NCBI GenBank assembly: GCA_018818125.1
Contig: JAHISQ010000120.1
Coordinates: 4,658 to 68,657 of the forward strand
Length of the DNA stretch: 64,000 nucleotides
Reading direction: 5' to 3'
DNA from: Candidatus Rifleibacteriota bacterium
GTDB taxonomy: Bacteria > Muiribacteriota > Ozemobacteria > Ozemobacterales > Ozemobacteraceae
Of this stretch, positions 27,987 to 37,091 are shown one piece after another. The notes beneath the pieces were generated by a model, which made no database searches, was not told the origin of the DNA, and was given only the letters and a program-made list of their open reading frames with translations. A program made the translations under genes and the position numbers. How positions within the stretch are numbered: the stretch's first letter is position 1; every line of letters begins with the position of its first letter.

Positions 27987-29375
27987 TTAAAATTGGATTT
28001 TGCCAATATCATAAAGCATGTCTGCTTTGGCTTTGAGGGTGGCGAATTCAGAATCGATAAGCTTTTCTCTCAGATTCAGGAGTCGCTTTTCAGTTTCAAC
28101 CAGTTCCTGAAAGCTGGCTTGTCCGCTTTCATATTTTGATTTTACGCTGGCAAAAGCCTTTTCAAGCTCTGGCAGCATTTGAGCTCTGATAATCTGCAGA
28201 TTCTTTCTGTTGCGCTGAAAAGATTCAAGGTCGCTGGTATATTGCGCCTGCAGTGCCAGTCTGGTAGAAGTTACTGTTTCTGATTGTGCCTGTTTTCGTG
28301 CTTTGATCTGCTCAACGAAAACCCGGTTGAATTCAATTTTTGAGTCAACCTGAGGCATACCGGCTGAGGCTGTAGCTGACATGCCTTTTTTCATCGGCAG
28401 TTGAGCTGTGCTCGTATATTCGGGAAAAGCCATTCTCTGAACCAGTGCAATTGAATCTTCGAGCCGGCTCAGTCCGATTTTTTCTGCGCTTAAACCCGGG
28501 TGATCAGCGAATTCGAGATTGTTCGACCAGCTTAAAGTTGCAAAATCAGAAGTAAGAAAGCCGCTGAAATTCAGTACCGGCCGCTTTCCATCGAGCAGCG
28601 TGAGCGCTTTTTCCTGCTGCTCCTTTAACATCGTCTGATACTGATTCTTCTGAGTCTCAAGTCGCCCGGCCTCAATCGAGATCATGGTCAGCTCTGGGAA
28701 AGAAATCTTTCCATTGCGATAGAGAGAGTCTGAGGTTGTCTTGAGATCATTGTAGAGATTGATTGTTTTATCGAGCAGAGTCAGTTTTTTGCGGGCTGCA
28801 ATGATTTGATATGCTGTAATTCTGGCCTGTCGGGCCAGTCCGGCAAGAAAGTTGTCAAGCCTTGCGCTGGCTTCGTCGCCGATTGATTCTGCTATCCTTG
28901 ATTTGATTGCCGACACACCAGGAAACGGATGCTCTTTAAAAAGTGGTGTCAATGTCGGCGATTGGCTCATAAAAGCCGAAAACTGATTAAGCAGAAGCTC
29001 CAGTGCTTGAGTTTGCGACAGATTGTATCTGGCTGCGACAAGCATCTGCTTTTGTTTGCGGGCTTCCGGAGCAAGCGTCAGGGCAGCTCGGGCAAAGTCT
29101 TCAGGCGTCGCGATTGCCAGTAATGCTGAAGATTGCGCGTCTGCGGTATCGTTGCTAATCTGGCCTGATCGCTTTTCTGAGCTGATTGGAACTGCCTGAG
29201 TCTTGTTGGTAAGACCCGGAAAGTCGCTGTTAAAAGTGCTTTTGCTCTCTTTGGCAGGTTTGTAGCTTTTCAAAACGTCGAGTTGCTGGCGGTAAAATGT
29301 GCTTGCAGGCATTGGCTCAGCAAAACCCGGCAGATTGAGGCAGAACAGGGCAAGAATTATCGTAGTTTTTCTCAT
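27987..29375 (-). CDS. TolC-like outer membrane efflux protein (divergent)
   Basis: Signal peptide, helical repeats, C-terminal KYESGQASFQELVETE; within the cus operon. Confidence 0.75.
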   Translation of the reverse strand: MRKTTIILALFCLNLPGFAEPMPASTFYRQQLDVLKSYKPAKESKSTFNSDFPGLTNKTQAVPISSEKRSGQISNDTADAQSSALLAIATPEDFARAALTLAPEARKQKQMLVAARYNLSQTQALELLLNQFSAFMSQSPTLTPLFKEHPFPGVSAIKSRIAESIGDEASARLDNFLAGLARQARITAYQIIAARKKLTLLDKTINLYNDLKTTSDSLYRNGKISFPELTMISIEAGRLETQKNQYQTMLKEQQEKALTLLDGKRPVLNFSGFLTSDFATLSWSNNLEFADHPGLSAEKIGLSRLEDSIALVQRMAFPEYTSTAQLPMKKGMSATASAGMPQVDSKIEFNRVFVEQIKARKQAQSETVTSTRLALQAQYTSDLESFQRNRKNLQIIRAQMLPELEKAFASVKSKYESGQASFQELVETEKRLLNLREKLIDSEFATLKAKADMLYDIGKIQF

Positions 29376-30670
29376 TTCAAGGTCTCCTCTGACTGAATCT
29401 CAAATGGCGTTCCGATCCATTTTTCCAGCTCGCTGGCGCTGATAAAATAATCAGCTTCTGCGCGCAGGGCGGCGATTTTAATCGCGTAAACAGTCGTCAT
29501 GGCTTCGAGATAGTCAGAGAATTTGCTTTTATCTGCAGTAAAGGTGCTTTGGGCAGTATCAGCGGCAGTTTGCGCCTGTGGCAGTATGGTCTGGGAATAA
29601 AGCTGATGCAGCCTTTTTCGGTTGGCCATGCTGTACCAGAGCTTGATAAAACTGACTCTGGTTTTATCTTTTTCGGCGGTCAGCAGAGCATCTGCCTCGG
29701 ATTGTTTTTCTCTCGCCTCTTTTGTTCGGCTTCGATTCTTGCTGCCCCAGACGGGCAGGTTCATCTGCACAAAGAAACCATAGGAGTCTTTGCCTTCGTC
29801 TTTGAGATACATATTGCCAAGATCGGGGCGATTACCGGTATAGTTTTTACTGTAGCCAATGGTAAAGTCGGGTTTGTTGTCAAAATGCGCCAGTCGAAGC
29901 TTTGTTGCCGCTATTTTCTGCGAATTTTCCGCCACGGCGATTTCGGTTCTGTTGACTAAGGCCTGTTCGATAAGTTCTTTTTCGTCACTGGCAATTTTGT
30001 GTTGAGGAAGCATGGTGAACCATTGAGAATCGAGTGTCTGAAGGCCGGTTAAAGCTATGAGCCTGGCTTTTTCTGATTCCAGCAGCTCAGAGTAATTGAT
30101 TTGATCGTTTGCACTTTGTGCAAGCTGGCTTTGAGCACGCAAAACCGGAAGCATCGAAGCCGACGAAGTGTTTGCAGTTGCTTCGGCGGCGAGAAATTCT
30201 ACAATTTTGGCGTTGGCCTCAGTTGTTTCGGTAGCGTGCTGCAAAAACCATATTTCGGCGTAACTCTTTTTGATTTCGCTGACAAGATCGCGAAGTTTCA
30301 TCTCATAGAGCAGCTTTTCGTTTTGCGACAGCTGATGATTTAATCTTATTGCAGCTTTCTGCTTACCTGGAAACGGCAACATCTGGCTGATGGTCAGCGT
30401 TTGCTTTTGCTCGCCGGTTCTGGTCTGTACCGGCTCAATATTCTGGCGAAAATTTACCACCGGGTCAGCAAGTGCGGTTTTATGTATTATTGCTGACTCG
30501 GCGGCTTTCCAGCGATGGTAAGTGGCTGAAAGCTCTGGATTTTTCTGCAGGCAGCTTTCGAGCAGAATGGTCAGACCATTGCTTTCCTGGCTAAATAATG
30601 CGGCAGGTCGGCAGAAAAGAACAAAAAGGGCAAAAAGGGCAAAAAACAGCTGGTTTCGATAAGTCGCCAT
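29372..30670 (-). CDS. TolC/CusC-like outer membrane efflux protein
   Basis: QKNPELSA, LADPVV, SQMLPFPGK, KPDFTIG, NLPVWG, ILPQAQ. Confidence 0.88.
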   Translation of the reverse strand: MATYRNQLFFALFALFVLFCRPAALFSQESNGLTILLESCLQKNPELSATYHRWKAAESAIIHKTALADPVVNFRQNIEPVQTRTGEQKQTLTISQMLPFPGKQKAAIRLNHQLSQNEKLLYEMKLRDLVSEIKKSYAEIWFLQHATETTEANAKIVEFLAAEATANTSSASMLPVLRAQSQLAQSANDQINYSELLESEKARLIALTGLQTLDSQWFTMLPQHKIASDEKELIEQALVNRTEIAVAENSQKIAATKLRLAHFDNKPDFTIGYSKNYTGNRPDLGNMYLKDEGKDSYGFFVQMNLPVWGSKNRSRTKEAREKQSEADALLTAEKDKTRVSFIKLWYSMANRKRLHQLYSQTILPQAQTAADTAQSTFTADKSKFSDYLEAMTTVYAIKIAALRAEADYFISASELEKWIGTPFEIQSEETLK

Positions 30671-30735
30671 TTAATTCTCCATCCGCGAGAAACTTACTGA
30701 AATCTTATTATACTATTTCAGCTGCCAATGACGAG

Positions 30736-31143
30736 TTATTCTACTTTTGGCTCCATGCTTTCCTGATTACTATAGAATGTGATTGTGGAGGCCTCTTCGT
30801 CGATTTTGAAGAACTTAAGGCTGGCTTCCAGCCCTGAAACTGGGCATTTGCCATCAACGTTGGTTACTTTTAGAGTTTTGGTCGGAGCATCTTTCAGCTT
30901 TTCCAGAAATTTGGCGGGATCAGCCTCAAAGGTGCCAATACAGCCGCCGCAGCAGAAATAGTAGAGATGTCCGTCAACAATCGTATTGACTGTTTTGTCG
31001 ATTTCGCCTCCCATAACCGGGCAATTCGTGTTGAGAACTTCGATTATCTCGGTTGGAAAGGTTATTGATGCTTCTTCAGCGGTCAGATTGGTATAGAAAA
31101 AAACTGCCAGAATCACGGTTAAGATCAGAATTGTATTTTTCAC
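30736..31143 (-). CDS. Periplasmic YHS-like metal-binding protein
   Basis: Signal peptide, NCPVMGG...YYFCCGGC...ADPAKF and a second degenerate KCPVSG repeat. Confidence 0.8.
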   Translation of the reverse strand: MKNTILILTVILAVFFYTNLTAEEASITFPTEIIEVLNTNCPVMGGEIDKTVNTIVDGHLYYFCCGGCIGTFEADPAKFLEKLKDAPTKTLKVTNVDGKCPVSGLEASLKFFKIDEEASTITFYSNQESMEPKVE

Positions 31144-31258
31144 TTTCAGTTTCCCCCCCCTAGCGATGTTTATGATACCAAAAATGTATTATAAAGTATG
31201 TGTGATGTCAACGTACATTACAATTGCTCTGGAGAATGAGTTCTCTGTTTACACTGAG

Positions 31259-34147
31259 TTAAACTCGATATATGGGCACTGGCTCTGTTTTGCCCTTAAT
31301 GTTGATCTCACCGAGGCTTTCAGCCTGAATACTGTTGGCAAGGTGTCTTCTAGTTGTGCTTTCAATAATGATCTTCGAGCCGGAGTCTTTTTCTGCCAGT
31401 GCGTTGAGACGTGCCGAAAGATTCACGGCGTCGCCGATTACCGTATAGTCGAGGCGAATATCCTTGGCGCCCAGTATGCCTGCTACTACCGATCCGGTAG
31501 CCAGGCCGTAATAGCCGGAACAGCCCTGGGACATCAGTTGTTGCTTGAGTGAAACAACCGTTTCGATGCCCTGCTTTACGGCTTCATCTGCGCTTTGGCA
31601 GGCCTCATGATCGAAGAATACCAGGATTTTGTTTTCCATAACCTTGTCGATGACGCCGGAGGTTTGGCGAACAGCTTCCTGACAGGACTTAAGATGAAAA
31701 GCCAGCTTATCTAGAAAAACCTCTGCTTCACTGTTTGCATCGGTTTTTATTGAGGCGAAGAGAATGGTCATTTCACGCCTTTCGCCGATCATGGCTTTTT
31801 CGAAGGCCGCTTTGTCTCGAATTACATTTATGACTGCTGATGATACGAACTTGCCGAGCAGCGAGCCTTCTTCGAGTCCTTTTGCCATAGTATTGAAAGA
31901 TCTGGCAATATGCCCAAATTCATCTTGCCTATGATCAGCGTTTATTCTGGTGTGAAAATCGCCGAGTCTGACGTTGTTAAGCCCTATCTGCAATTGTTTT
32001 AGCGGGCTCATGAAATACCAGTAAAGACCTATTACCATAAACAACAATAGAATCAGACCTGACAGCAGACGGTTGTTAAATTCTTGTTCCAGTCGCATCT
32101 GTTCAGCGAAAACCTCTTTTAATGATGTAATGCCGGTCAGAATATACATGCGCAGAGATTTGCCTGGCCGAGATTTGATCAATAGTCTGTCTTCGGTTGA
32201 CAATAGTTCACGCGATGTTAGCTGAATGCCAACGCGGCGAGTTCTCTCTGTGAGATCCCATGCTTGCGGTATTACTGGTGTTGTGCTTCTGTTAAAGCCT
32301 TGAAAAGCGCCTTTTCTAACGGCAATAAATTCAAAATTATCAGCAAGTTGAGATCTATTATTAATCAAAAAGTCGAGATAATCCTCGGATTCGTTGAATT
32401 CACTCCACATGATCAGCAGTAACGCTCTGATGACGCCATTGAATTTTAACGGCAAACCAGTCATTGAAATCATAATAAATGTTGAATCTACCTCGACAAG
32501 ATTGGACGAGTTAGCCATCAGCTGGTGATACAATTTTTGGCCAAGAATGCCCTGAAAAAAATTGACAATAAAGTCGGTTATCATCTCGTCTTTTACACCC
32601 TGCAAAGACAGATTCTCAGAAGATTGCTGTGTTTTTTTTATCAACTCTGGCCGGTATTTATGCAACAAACTCTTCAGTAGTGGCGAAATCATTTCGCTTA
32701 TTTTTTTTGCATCCTCTTGCTTGCGAAGCCGGATCGTGTTTTCGCCAGTGTCCTGTTGCAATGACATGAATAACAGACTGTTGCCAAGCTGGGTTGGGTA
32801 AAGGGCCTTAACTTTATTATCAATGGCCTCTAAAGCCTCACTCTGTTTCTCGTTGGCGATCAGTTGCATTATCTCAGGGTAGTTTTCGAGATGCTGAACA
32901 CGGTAAAAAAAGTCGGCCATCGACAGGTCATAGCGGTCTTCGAGACATTGCAGGTTTCTTTCGAGATCACTTTCGGCTTTTTTGCGCATGACAGAGAGAT
33001 GGCTATCCATTGAGTATTTGACCACGAGTCGTCCGAGTCCGGCGGGCAGATAAAATATTGAGATGATCGCAGTCAGCATTACCAGTGCAATAGAAATGCG
33101 CCAGCCCCGGCGAAAGATTTTTCGTTGCAGAAGCATTAGCGAAAGGCCCCCGAACAGAACAAAAACCAGCGCAATAAAACAGGTTTCACCGATCGAAAGT
33201 GGAATAGCTGCGATCTGGCGGCTGACAAGTATTATAAAAGCAGGCTCTCCGACCAGAACTGGTGCTGCACAGATATTAAATTCACCAAACTCTTTCTGAA
33301 CCAGAGTCATTGGCAGGCGTGTCACTTCATTTTTGATAAAGCGCTGCAATCTTGGCTGTTTGCGCAGTAATGGCGACCAGAAAGGTTTGCCATTTCCAGA
33401 CATTGGCAGAAAAGCGAAGCCGGTTGTGGCAGAATCGGCAGTATCAATCAGTGCTTTGTAGGAATAGTCAGATGCAATGCTTTTGACATCGAAGATAGCG
33501 CTGACCAGAACTCTTTTGCCAGCCGTGTCTGGGTAAAACCAGTAAAGCAAGGTGTTGCCAGATTTAGAAGTGAATGGAATCATGATCCCTTCGTCTTTAC
33601 GTTTAATAGCGTTTTGACTGAAACTGATCGTAAGAACATTGACTGGAAAACCGGTCATTATACTTAGTTTTTCGGCTGCATCATCATATTGAAATTTGCT
33701 GCAGGTTTCTTCGCGCATCAGTGGCGTAAGGCTGCTCAAAAGATTGGGTCCGGGCAATGTGGAGCTTTCAAAGACGGTCGTCGGCAGTTCGTCTTTTTCT
33801 GTTTTAACGGCAACAGATAGATGATGCGGCGGTAGACCGTTTTTCAGTTGCTGCTGATAAAGTTTTTCGGCTGCTGCTGTAATACTGTTGCTGCCCGCAG
33901 ACTCTATTTTGGCACGCAGACTGCGCTGAAAGGTGTTGAGACGTTGCAGTATCTGATATTCCCAGTTGCCACTTACCTGCATTTTTTCAATCAGAGTTCT
34001 GGAATTCTGATTGGAGGTATCTACAAGTTTTGCAAAATCGCGTTGGCGCGATGAAGACCAGTCTATAAGCACCAGCACAAAAGGAATCGCGAGAAACAGC
34101 CATGCGGCAAGAATTGCAAGTGCCGAAAACTTTTTCTGACTGTTCAT
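31259..34147 (-). CDS. 4TM-HAMP class III adenylate cyclase, C2-like half (metal Asp pair lost)
   Basis: HAMP then cyclase: ILFASIK (Asp to Ser), DKVMEN (Asp to Asn); YTVIGDAVNLSARL and IKGK retained. Confidence 0.88.
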   Translation of the reverse strand: MNSQKKFSALAILAAWLFLAIPFVLVLIDWSSSRQRDFAKLVDTSNQNSRTLIEKMQVSGNWEYQILQRLNTFQRSLRAKIESAGSNSITAAAEKLYQQQLKNGLPPHHLSVAVKTEKDELPTTVFESSTLPGPNLLSSLTPLMREETCSKFQYDDAAEKLSIMTGFPVNVLTISFSQNAIKRKDEGIMIPFTSKSGNTLLYWFYPDTAGKRVLVSAIFDVKSIASDYSYKALIDTADSATTGFAFLPMSGNGKPFWSPLLRKQPRLQRFIKNEVTRLPMTLVQKEFGEFNICAAPVLVGEPAFIILVSRQIAAIPLSIGETCFIALVFVLFGGLSLMLLQRKIFRRGWRISIALVMLTAIISIFYLPAGLGRLVVKYSMDSHLSVMRKKAESDLERNLQCLEDRYDLSMADFFYRVQHLENYPEIMQLIANEKQSEALEAIDNKVKALYPTQLGNSLLFMSLQQDTGENTIRLRKQEDAKKISEMISPLLKSLLHKYRPELIKKTQQSSENLSLQGVKDEMITDFIVNFFQGILGQKLYHQLMANSSNLVEVDSTFIMISMTGLPLKFNGVIRALLLIMWSEFNESEDYLDFLINNRSQLADNFEFIAVRKGAFQGFNRSTTPVIPQAWDLTERTRRVGIQLTSRELLSTEDRLLIKSRPGKSLRMYILTGITSLKEVFAEQMRLEQEFNNRLLSGLILLLFMVIGLYWYFMSPLKQLQIGLNNVRLGDFHTRINADHRQDEFGHIARSFNTMAKGLEEGSLLGKFVSSAVINVIRDKAAFEKAMIGERREMTILFASIKTDANSEAEVFLDKLAFHLKSCQEAVRQTSGVIDKVMENKILVFFDHEACQSADEAVKQGIETVVSLKQQLMSQGCSGYYGLATGSVVAGILGAKDIRLDYTVIGDAVNLSARLNALAEKDSGSKIIIESTTRRHLANSIQAESLGEINIKGKTEPVPIYRV

Positions 34148-37017
34148 GCTTCGAGAACCTCAAAATTTTCGCTGTTGGTAAGTGGCGTCAGTGACAGATC
34201 TGGCATAAGGTTCTTTATTTCCGGACTTACCACGATGTGCGTATAATGGCCTTGCTTGGACTCTGCTTCGAGCTCTTCTGATTGCTGCCGCGCCTTTCCA
34301 GTAAGGCTGTATTCGTGACGCTCGCCGGCGCCAAATGAGCCGATCAACAGTTCTCCGCAGGCGACGCCGATGCCCATGCCATAACCGAACAGGCCTTGTT
34401 CGTTGCGTTTCTCGACAAAATGACCATGCTGCGTCATCATGCCGATTGCTGCTTCTACTGCATTTTTGCAGGCTGAGGTTTTGCTGTCGCCGAAGAAAAC
34501 GGCAATAATAGCATCACCGATAAACTTGTCAATTTCGCCGTGGTTGCTGGTAATTTGTGTGCTCATCAGCTCAAGATGGCGGTTGAGCAGTTCGACAATC
34601 TGTTCTGGCGGATAAGTCTCGGAAAGAGTTGTAAAATTGCGGATATCTGAGGCCAGAACAACACCCCAGCGCTTTTCCGGCTTTTTTTCAAGCTGGTCTG
34701 TCACATCCAGTCTCCTTGAAAGTGTGCCGGAAACAAACTGTGCCAACTCGTTGCGCTCATAAAGCCCTTGCGCCATGCTGTCAAAAGCATCAGCAACATC
34801 GCCAAGCTCATCATCGCGATTCATGTTCAGTCTAAAGTCGAATTTGCGTTCGAGAATATTAATGATACCGGTTTCGATAACATGCAATGGCCGAAGAAAG
34901 AACGAAGCCAGAGCGCTGGTAACCATTGCCAGAATTGCTGATAAAAGCAAAGCAGCGGTCAGTAGCAGATGATATTGCTGACTTGTCCTGGTGAACAGTG
35001 GCTCAAGGCTCACTGTAGAACCAAGCGCGATGCCTTGCATGTTTTCGCATGGTGTGCATATTGCCAGAGTTTTTTCGAGAGTTTCGACTTGAAAAGAGCT
35101 GGTTCTTAGCGCTTCTGACAGTGTCTGCAGAAACCAGTTTTCATGTTCTTTGACAACCCTGGATCTGGGCACTACCAGACCGATATTTGCCTCGCGCTTT
35201 TCGGCCATGGCCCATAGGCGATCTGGCGACGATTTTGCTCCACGCATAATCGCATTTCTGGCGAATCTGGCATAGGCTTCAGAGGCGGGGGCAAAGAAGA
35301 TCACGGCTGCGACTATTTTTCCATTGTCGGCGATAAAATCATAAACGATAAAATCTTCGGTATCGCCGAAAGACATCAGCAGGCTTTTTTGACGAGCTAA
35401 CGACAGGTCGCCGAAAATCGGAGTATTGGTGATTGTGTGATAAGTTTCAAAGCCAAGTCTCTTGCTCTCAGAGAGTTTTTCCATCGCTTTGTTGTGATCT
35501 GATTCAGATAGATCTTTGAGACCTGCATACATCATGGGTGAAAAAAAGTTGAGTTTGGATTGGTCACCTTTTTTGTTTGAATCAGGCGAAAAAATCATCT
35601 GGTCAGTGTTTCCAAAATATACTATGCCGATAGCATTTAGCGGAACACCGTTTGCTGCGAATTCGGCGAAACAGTGGCGCAATATTTCTGAATTTTTATC
35701 AACTTTGGCAACCGCCATGGCGCTCTTAAATTCTTTGTTAGACAGGTATCGACGTGCGATATTTTCAAAAATCATGCGTAGCGCTGTGCTGTTTCCATCT
35801 ATTTCCCGCATCTCCGAACGGACTTCATCGATCAGCGAGCGTTCGCGAACATAGTGATCCTGCTCAATAACCGATCGCCCGGCGAGAATCAGCAATAGTA
35901 TCGGAAATCCGCCTACAATTATAACCAGCCCAAGTAAACGTGCTTTTACCGAAAAATTAAAAGGCTGTGAGCGCCAGAGCCTGATGCCAAAAGTTGTGAG
36001 CCAAAACAGTGCCAGCAGCCATCCATAGATGCTGCTGATTCTGATTCTGTTTTGTTCTGGGAGTTCTGCTGTCAGCCAGAGCTCGTAAGGCAGGTGCCTG
36101 GGCAAGACTGCTCGGAATGTAAAAACGTGTTCGTACAATATCCCTGAACTCAATGATGCTATCTGAGAATATTCGGTGTTTTTGGTGAGCAGCGAAAAAA
36201 ACTGTAACACTGTTGTTTCACCACGATATTCGCCGGGAATTAAAGGATTTAGTTCGCTTCTAAGGCTTTTTAGCGGCATCAGAATCGGAAAAAATCTGTT
36301 TTGCGAGGCTTTTGCAATCTCATCCAGAGCTTTTTCAGCAGTATCCTTTGGAGATGGCTTTGTGCTCGAAATAATCAGAAAAGCTCCTATCTGCTTTCCT
36401 GAAACCCTGAGAAAGTCCCAGAAGATGATACGGCTTTTGCCGTTAAATACTACGTCGATACTGCGTCCGTTACGATTACTCAGCAACATTTCGCCGTTGA
36501 CGCGTTCGCCAAAAATACTGGCGAGCCGGTTGTTTATCTTGTTTTGTTCGACTACATTGATGTTTTGCCAGTCGCGCAGCTGGTAAATGATTTTTGCCAT
36601 AAAGGCACTGTTTTGTCTGGCCAGACCTTCACCTGTCAGCGCTTTGCTGTTGTTTGGAGAAAATTTGAATACGTAAACGACGGCATCTTCTGACAGCCAA
36701 CCCTGCGGCAGATTATTGAGCAGCGCGTTTTTTATCAGTCCGCCATTTTGCTCAAAAGGATCAGCAACGTTGCCAAGCTGATTTTGAGCCTGCAATATAC
36801 CGTGTTGCATCTGTATTGCTGTTGTGCAGTTGGCATTGAACTGCTGAGCCAGTGCCGCAGATTCTTCTTCATGTTCGACAATCAACTGTTGGTCGGACAA
36901 ACGCTTTTGATAATTGTCCCAGTAATTGGCACCGGGCATAAGCAGCAAAGACAGCACAAACACCGCTGCCAGAAAAAAATCAGACCGCCTGTTCAAACAA
37001 GTTTCCTGCCTTCTCAA
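34144..37017 (-). CDS. 4TM-HAMP class III adenylate cyclase, C1-like half (Asn/Arg lost)
   Basis: VLASDIRNFT and DKFIGD intact; YSLTGKARQQSEEL replaces YTVIGDxVNxAxRL; no KGK. Confidence 0.88.
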   Translation of the reverse strand: MRRQETCLNRRSDFFLAAVFVLSLLLMPGANYWDNYQKRLSDQQLIVEHEEESAALAQQFNANCTTAIQMQHGILQAQNQLGNVADPFEQNGGLIKNALLNNLPQGWLSEDAVVYVFKFSPNNSKALTGEGLARQNSAFMAKIIYQLRDWQNINVVEQNKINNRLASIFGERVNGEMLLSNRNGRSIDVVFNGKSRIIFWDFLRVSGKQIGAFLIISSTKPSPKDTAEKALDEIAKASQNRFFPILMPLKSLRSELNPLIPGEYRGETTVLQFFSLLTKNTEYSQIASLSSGILYEHVFTFRAVLPRHLPYELWLTAELPEQNRIRISSIYGWLLALFWLTTFGIRLWRSQPFNFSVKARLLGLVIIVGGFPILLLILAGRSVIEQDHYVRERSLIDEVRSEMREIDGNSTALRMIFENIARRYLSNKEFKSAMAVAKVDKNSEILRHCFAEFAANGVPLNAIGIVYFGNTDQMIFSPDSNKKGDQSKLNFFSPMMYAGLKDLSESDHNKAMEKLSESKRLGFETYHTITNTPIFGDLSLARQKSLLMSFGDTEDFIVYDFIADNGKIVAAVIFFAPASEAYARFARNAIMRGAKSSPDRLWAMAEKREANIGLVVPRSRVVKEHENWFLQTLSEALRTSSFQVETLEKTLAICTPCENMQGIALGSTVSLEPLFTRTSQQYHLLLTAALLLSAILAMVTSALASFFLRPLHVIETGIINILERKFDFRLNMNRDDELGDVADAFDSMAQGLYERNELAQFVSGTLSRRLDVTDQLEKKPEKRWGVVLASDIRNFTTLSETYPPEQIVELLNRHLELMSTQITSNHGEIDKFIGDAIIAVFFGDSKTSACKNAVEAAIGMMTQHGHFVEKRNEQGLFGYGMGIGVACGELLIGSFGAGERHEYSLTGKARQQSEELEAESKQGHYTHIVVSPEIKNLMPDLSLTPLTNSENFEVLEA

Positions 37018-37091
37018 TCAGAATCTAGCTGGCATGGCTGCGTGGGCTCTGTGAAGCGAAGCAAAGCAATTTTTTCAGCCCGTAGACAGTT

